This document shows, piece after piece, positions 59,497 to 64,000 of a stretch of DNA of 64,000 nucleotides. The first letter of the stretch is position 1. Every line of letters starts with the position of its first letter. The DNA is from Endomicrobiales bacterium. Lineage in GTDB: Bacteria; Elusimicrobiota; Endomicrobiia; Endomicrobiales; JALOBY01. Location: the NCBI GenBank assembly GCA_963796955.1, contig CAWCNJ010000004.1, forward strand, positions 160,001 through 224,000, in the 5' to 3' direction. The translations under genes were made by a program, and so were the position numbers. A model generated the notes under the pieces. The model saw only the letters and a program-made list of their open reading frames with translations. It was not told the origin of the DNA and searched no databases.

Positions 59497-60771
59497 ATGT
59501 GCCCGTCATTGCTGATCCGTAAAATTGGGAGTTGCGCTCTTTTTGTTGTTCTGATCTCCGCCGCGTGCGGGTGGGCGCGGGAAGACGCGTACACGACCCT
59601 GGCAACTGAACTTTCTACCGTATCTGAAACCATTCAAAATCCCAAGATCGCTATTATCCCTTTTACCTATGTGGACAAACGCCAGTCTCCGGCGGGAATT
59701 GTCATCTCCGAGCGCCTTACCACCAGAATGGTCAGGCTGAAAAAATGCACGATCGTGGAACGCCAGATGCTTGAAGATGTTATGAAGGAACTTCACCTTG
59801 AAGCGACGGGCGTCATAGACGCTGCCCACACCAAAGAGATCGGCAAGATGCTGGGCGTTGACGCCATTATTTCCGGCTCGCTGATGGATATTTCCGACAA
59901 CCGCGTTGAGGTTAACGCACGGGTGGTAAAGACCGAGACCGCGGAGGTCGTGACCACTTCTTCCGTCGACCTTGACCGTGATTGGGAGAATACCCAGGGG
60001 CAGGCGCCGCAACCGGAATACCAGCAGGCGGTCTACAAAAAGAGCGAGGCAGCCGAAGTATCCGAGACTTATTCTGCACCAGTGCGCTCTTCGCGTCCGT
60101 CGCCGGTTGACGGTTTCTTCGATATTTTTACGGGCGGCGGCAGCGGCACAATAGACCTGACACTGTCAAATAGCGCTTCTCCTTTGACCACCGCGAACAT
60201 CGGCTTTAACCTGCCGGCTCCCACGTATTCGCTCAAACTAACCGGCGTAAAAACCGAGGCCGGCTCTCCTCCTCTGATAGGTTTGCGCGTGGGCGGTTTC
60301 GGGAAATATTTTGGCGGAGACTTGGAAATGTCGTACTATACTCAGCACATCGCTATCCAATCGAATTCGTCATATTATTTTACGAAAGACGATTATTTGA
60401 CGGTGGGGGTATTCAATTTGCTGACCGGCGATATCTTTCTGCGGTATCCCGGTAAATACTTACAGCCTTATGTCGGCATGGGTTTTGGTATGACATTGAA
60501 CTCTGTAACATCGCCGTATATGTACGGCTATAATGGCTCCTCTACGTACACGCGTGGCATGAACGATATAGGTATCGGCTTCACGTTCAGAACACCGATA
60601 GGGATCAGGCTTATGCTCGGTGATTTCGGCTGCGTGTTCCTTGAAACCCGCCCCACCAAGAATACCTTCACTTTTGACCGGGGCATAAATAATGAAAAAG
60701 ATACCGTTTCAATGGATACGACCTTTACCATTATAGGCTACTCGGCCAGATTTGGCACTCCTTCCCGTTAA
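59497..60771 (+). CDS. FlgO/CsgG-like domain fused to an outer-membrane beta-barrel-like region
   Basis: KIAIIPF…ISERLTT…IVER..L..V..E…IGKMLGVDAIISGS; later PYVGMGFG and amphipathic strands. Confidence 0.7.
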   Translation: MCPSLLIRKIGSCALFVVLISAACGWAREDAYTTLATELSTVSETIQNPKIAIIPFTYVDKRQSPAGIVISERLTTRMVRLKKCTIVERQMLEDVMKELHLEATGVIDAAHTKEIGKMLGVDAIISGSLMDISDNRVEVNARVVKTETAEVVTTSSVDLDRDWENTQGQAPQPEYQQAVYKKSEAAEVSETYSAPVRSSRPSPVDGFFDIFTGGGSGTIDLTLSNSASPLTTANIGFNLPAPTYSLKLTGVKTEAGSPPLIGLRVGGFGKYFGGDLEMSYYTQHIAIQSNSSYYFTKDDYLTVGVFNLLTGDIFLRYPGKYLQPYVGMGFGMTLNSVTSPYMYGYNGSSTYTRGMNDIGIGFTFRTPIGIRLMLGDFGCVFLETRPTKNTFTFDRGINNEKDTVSMDTTFTIIGYSARFGTPSR

Positions 60772-60792
60772 AAAGATAGTAAACTAAAAATT

Positions 60793-60827
60793 AAAACCAC
60801 TCTGTCAAAAGACGGGGTGGTTTTTTT
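60793..60827 (+). terminator. Intrinsic terminator
   Basis: aaaaccactctgtc-aaaa-gacggggtggtttt followed by a T-run. Confidence 0.8.
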
Positions 60828-60913
60828 ATCAGTGATAACGGGACGCCGGATAATCGCAAGGTTGGGAACATTTAGTAAACTATACTTACGAATATAGTGC
60901 CAAAGGAGGAATT

Positions 60914-61465
60914 ATGGCTACCGAAAAAATGACGGTGCTGGATAAGAAGGCCGCGGCTGATGAAATGATGAAAAAGTATATGCAGCTTGGTACGCCGGTG
61001 GCGGAACATAGGCTGCTTGCGAAGATGGCGGGAAAGTGGACCGCTAAAATTAAATCGTGGATGGAGCCGGGCGCACAAGCCATGGAAGGCACCGGGACCA
61101 GCGAAGGCAAAATGATACTTGAAGGACGTTTCCTTGCGCACACCGAAACCTGGGATCAGGAGATGATGGGCAGACATTATATGGGCATGGGCGTTATGGG
61201 CTTTGACAACCATACAAAAAAATACGTCTCCACCTGGTTCGACAACATGGGCACCTCGATCCTGTTCTTTGAAGAAGTGCCCACGATGGACAAAGATTCC
61301 ATGGTCATGGAAGCCCGCCACATGGACGCTATCCAGGGTCTGGTGACCTACCGCACGGTAGAAACAACGATCGATAGCGACAACTACCGGCTGGAGCTGT
61401 ATGTGGTAGACAAGAACAATATGGAATTCAAGATGATGGATACGTTGTACACAAGAATGCAATAG
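60914..61465 (+). CDS. DUF1579 family protein
   Basis: TP..EH..L….GKW, G.G..GFDN..KKYVSTW.DNMGT. Confidence 0.8.
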   Translation: MATEKMTVLDKKAAADEMMKKYMQLGTPVAEHRLLAKMAGKWTAKIKSWMEPGAQAMEGTGTSEGKMILEGRFLAHTETWDQEMMGRHYMGMGVMGFDNHTKKYVSTWFDNMGTSILFFEEVPTMDKDSMVMEARHMDAIQGLVTYRTVETTIDSDNYRLELYVVDKNNMEFKMMDTLYTRMQ

Positions 61466-61481
61466 GAATTAGTTTAAGGTT

Positions 61482-61572
61482 TCGGCGGCTCAGGATATTC
61501 GGTCGTCCCCTTCGGGGACTCCCTCATTTCGCTCGCCGCTAAACTGCATCGGCGGCTCAGGATATTCGGTCG
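61482..61572. repeat. 24-bp direct repeat flanking a small hairpin
   Basis: tcggcggctcaggatattcggtcg at 61482-61505 and 61549-61572; gtcccc-ttc-ggggac hairpin between them. Confidence 0.85.
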
Positions 61573-62693
61573 CGGAAGCGGATGGCGGCGAGGGAAGTTA
61601 CGGCTACAAAAAATACCACGGTAATGGCGACGTTCGTCCAGACCAGTTCGGGGTTGGCGCCTTTAAGCATGACGTTGCGTACTATCTGGACGAAGTAGGT
61701 GAGCGGGTCCAGATGTGCTGTGGCCCGTATGAACGCGGGCATGTTCTCTATGGGGAACATGATGCCGGACAATAATATCGCCGGAAAGATAAACAGGAAC
61801 GAGCCCATCATGGCTTGCTGCTGATTTTTCGCTATGGTAGAGATGAAGATACCGATCCCGACGGCGGTGCTCACGAACATCAGGGCCGCCAGTATCAGCA
61901 GCAGCAGGGAACCTCTCAGCGGCACGCCGAATATTAAAAACCCCCCGGCCGTTACCAGCAGCGCGTTGACCACGCCCATCACAATGAAGGGGAAAGATTT
62001 CCCGAGGATTATCTCCAGCGGGCGCACGGGTGCTGCTATTATGGTCTCGAAGGTGCCCAGCTCTTTCTCCCTGGCAAGCGACATGCTGGAAAGCATAACG
62101 GTGGTAATGCACATGATCATAACAATAATGCCCGGTACCATGAAAAACGCTGTCTCCATGGTCGGGTTATACAAGAACCGTGTGTCAAAAACTACTGCCG
62201 GGCGCAGCCGGGCCTGCGAGAGTTTGTCTTGAGAGAATTGCAGCGTTATAAGGCGGAAATAATTTTCTATCGCCCGTGCCTTGGTCGTGTTCTGGGCGTC
62301 TATCAGTAGTTGAATGCGGGCTGCATGGCCGGAGCCAAAGGGTTCGCCCCTGCCGATGGCTTTGGTAAGGCCGCCCGGCGGCATGATCGCTACGGCATCG
62401 GCGGCGCCCGATCTCAAATAATCTTGCGGCGTTGTTTTTGAAGAACTCGGCAGAATGAACCAGCCTGAGGCGTAAAGCCGGTCATGCAGCTGGCGGGCCA
62501 CAACATCACTTGGTTCAAAAACAAATGAAAGTTTTAAATTCTTGAATTCGTTCGAGATCGCGTAACCGAAAAGCGTCAGCTGCACCACCGGAACCACCAG
62601 CAAAAATATCCTCATCACCGGATCGCGCAACACCTGCGCGAATTCCTTCTTAAAAAATCCTTTAATAACGCGATGGTCTATATTCATGTTCAT
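61557..62693 (-). CDS. ABC-2 type transporter permease (YbhR-like)
   Basis: KEF.QV.RD, LYNP, AREKELGTFE, LLSG..FPIENMP. Confidence 0.9.
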   Translation of the reverse strand: MNMNIDHRVIKGFFKKEFAQVLRDPVMRIFLLVVPVVQLTLFGYAISNEFKNLKLSFVFEPSDVVARQLHDRLYASGWFILPSSSKTTPQDYLRSGAADAVAIMPPGGLTKAIGRGEPFGSGHAARIQLLIDAQNTTKARAIENYFRLITLQFSQDKLSQARLRPAVVFDTRFLYNPTMETAFFMVPGIIVMIMCITTVMLSSMSLAREKELGTFETIIAAPVRPLEIILGKSFPFIVMGVVNALLVTAGGFLIFGVPLRGSLLLLILAALMFVSTAVGIGIFISTIAKNQQQAMMGSFLFIFPAILLSGIMFPIENMPAFIRATAHLDPLTYFVQIVRNVMLKGANPELVWTNVAITVVFFVAVTSLAAIRFRDRIS

Positions 62694-62695
62694 GA

Positions 62696-63817
62696 TTAAG
62701 GTTCAATATCCCTTTTAAAGCGTTTTGAGGCGGCGACTAACAGCAGTACGCTCATGAAGGCCAGCACAAGGAAGGGGACCATAAGGTCCAGAAGGCCGGC
62801 TCCCTTAAGCATGATACCTCGTACTATCTGCATGAACCAGCGCTGAGGAAGCAGCATGGTAAGGCCCCTGAAAAACATGGGCATGCTTTCTATCGGGAAA
62901 ATGAAGCCCGATAAAAGCAGCGACGGCATAAGGCCTATTATCAAAGATGCCTGCATTGCTTTTTGCTGCTGGCGGGCGGTGATGGATATCATGAGACCGA
63001 TCGCCAGGGCGATAAATGTGAACAATACGCAGGCGACGCCAAAAAGCAGGTAGCTGCCCTGGAACGGTATCGAGAAGACCATTTGCGCCATGGCCAGCAC
63101 CAGTACTATGCCGCTTAAACCCAGGACCGCATAAGGAAGTATCTTGCCGATTATAACCTCCAATGGTGTTACCGGAGTCGATAGCAGCATCTCCATGGAA
63201 CCATTCTCCCATTCCCGGGCTATGGTAAGAGCGGTCAATAAAATAGAGAGCAAACCGGTGACTACTACAATTAGGCCGGGTACCACGAACCATTGAGTAT
63301 TGAGTTCCGGATTATAAAGAAAACGCGTGATCACGGGGATCGGGTCGTGAGTCGTTACTCCGGTCAGCTTTGAGGAAGCCGCTACCTGCAGCTGTGCCAG
63401 ATAGCCGCCGATAACCCCTGCCTTTGTATTGTCCGAACCGTCCAGCAGGATCTGCACGTTCGCCGGCGCCCCTGTTTGTATCTTTTTTTCGAACTCCGGC
63501 TCTATGATCAGCGCCGTCGAGACCCGTTCGGATTCTATAGCGCCGATAGGGCTCAGTCCCTCCGGCGTGCCGGTCGGGATGAAATATTCGCTCGCGGCGA
63601 AGGTCTGCACCAGTTCGCGGGACTGCTCGGTGCGGTCCCTGTCGAAAACGGCAAGTTTTATATTACGAAAATTAAAATCTATCGTAAATCCAAAGAATGC
63701 CACCAGTATCACCGGAACGCCCACCGCCATGGCGATGGTAAAAGGATCCCGTAACACATGCATTACTTCCTTGCGGGCGATGGCGAGCGCTCTGGCCGGA
63801 ACGAAAGAACCGTTCAT
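62696..63817 (-). CDS. ABC-2 type transporter permease (YbhS-like)
   Basis: KE..H..RDP, LDGSD, YNPEL…VPGL, AREWENGSME, SGFIFPI.SMP. Confidence 0.9.
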   Translation of the reverse strand: MNGSFVPARALAIARKEVMHVLRDPFTIAMAVGVPVILVAFFGFTIDFNFRNIKLAVFDRDRTEQSRELVQTFAASEYFIPTGTPEGLSPIGAIESERVSTALIIEPEFEKKIQTGAPANVQILLDGSDNTKAGVIGGYLAQLQVAASSKLTGVTTHDPIPVITRFLYNPELNTQWFVVPGLIVVVTGLLSILLTALTIAREWENGSMEMLLSTPVTPLEVIIGKILPYAVLGLSGIVLVLAMAQMVFSIPFQGSYLLFGVACVLFTFIALAIGLMISITARQQQKAMQASLIIGLMPSLLLSGFIFPIESMPMFFRGLTMLLPQRWFMQIVRGIMLKGAGLLDLMVPFLVLAFMSVLLLVAASKRFKRDIEP

Positions 63818-64000
63818 CTTGAGTCTCCTTCCACTAACCGCATGAAAACGTCTTCCAATGATGGAGTAATGACCCCTGAGCTGTAACCCTGCGGCAGGGA
63901 GCGCCGTATCTTTTCGACGGAGTCTTTGCTTTTCGTGACGGCATGATAGCGTAATCCCATGGGCCAGAAACGGGCGACCTCGCTGTCTGCCGACAAATGA
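63814..64000 (-). CDS. C-terminal fragment of ABC transporter ATP-binding subunit (runs off the window)
   Basis: PSLEDVF C-terminal motif; overlaps the permease start. Confidence 0.7.
   Translation of the reverse strand, partial: HLSADSEVARFWPMGLRYHAVTKSKDSVEKIRRSLPQGYSSGVITPSLEDVFMRLVEGDSR

Noticed and set aside
61482..61572. CRISPR array
   Set aside because: Only two repeat copies, one inside a CDS end, and no cas genes
1..64000. tRNA, rRNA or transposase genes
   Set aside because: None recognised by eye; a tRNAscan/Rfam run would be needed to exclude them formally

Overview
Bacterial chromosomal window. An Elusimicrobiota-like diderm is my inference from the PorV/PorQ-type barrels and FlgD-Ig/T9SS-like C-terminal sorting domains; it is not established. 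1-8.0 kb is the 3' part of a giant repetitive secreted surface protein. 8.3-14.2 kb is an AT-richer cassette (stand-alone sorting-domain protein, PorV-like barrel, GT-C/TPR glycosyltransferase, signal-peptide protein with a phage tail-collar domain). 14.3-35.8 kb is the most interesting block. Two complete tandem c-di-GMP-I riboswitches, the second with unusual inserted hairpins and a heptamer repeat, lead a ~21-kb co-directional cluster. That cluster encodes a CTD-only protein, a PorV-like barrel-TPR, an orphan FliF(C)-TM-FliG(M+C)-TPR fusion with no other flagellar genes in the window, giant coiled-coil proteins (one with a strict 61-residue period over at least 22 repeats), a SprB/SprF-like adhesin-barrel(LysM) pair, and a coiled-coil/TM/beta-propeller protein. 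I propose it as an undescribed trans-envelope adhesion/motility/secretion machine. 35.8-64 kb is mostly housekeeping: rsfS, cNMP-GAF, LCP, yqeK, nadD, an HTH/nucleotidyltransferase pair, lepB, moxR-DUF58-bat operon, proA, aconitase, clpB, dual receiver, cysE, KimA-like transporter, FlgO/CsgG-like protein, DUF1579 and ABC-2 permeases. Five single-base frameshifts in four genes, four of them homopolymer losses, look like long-read sequencing errors. All family calls are from motif recognition by eye; no database searches were run.
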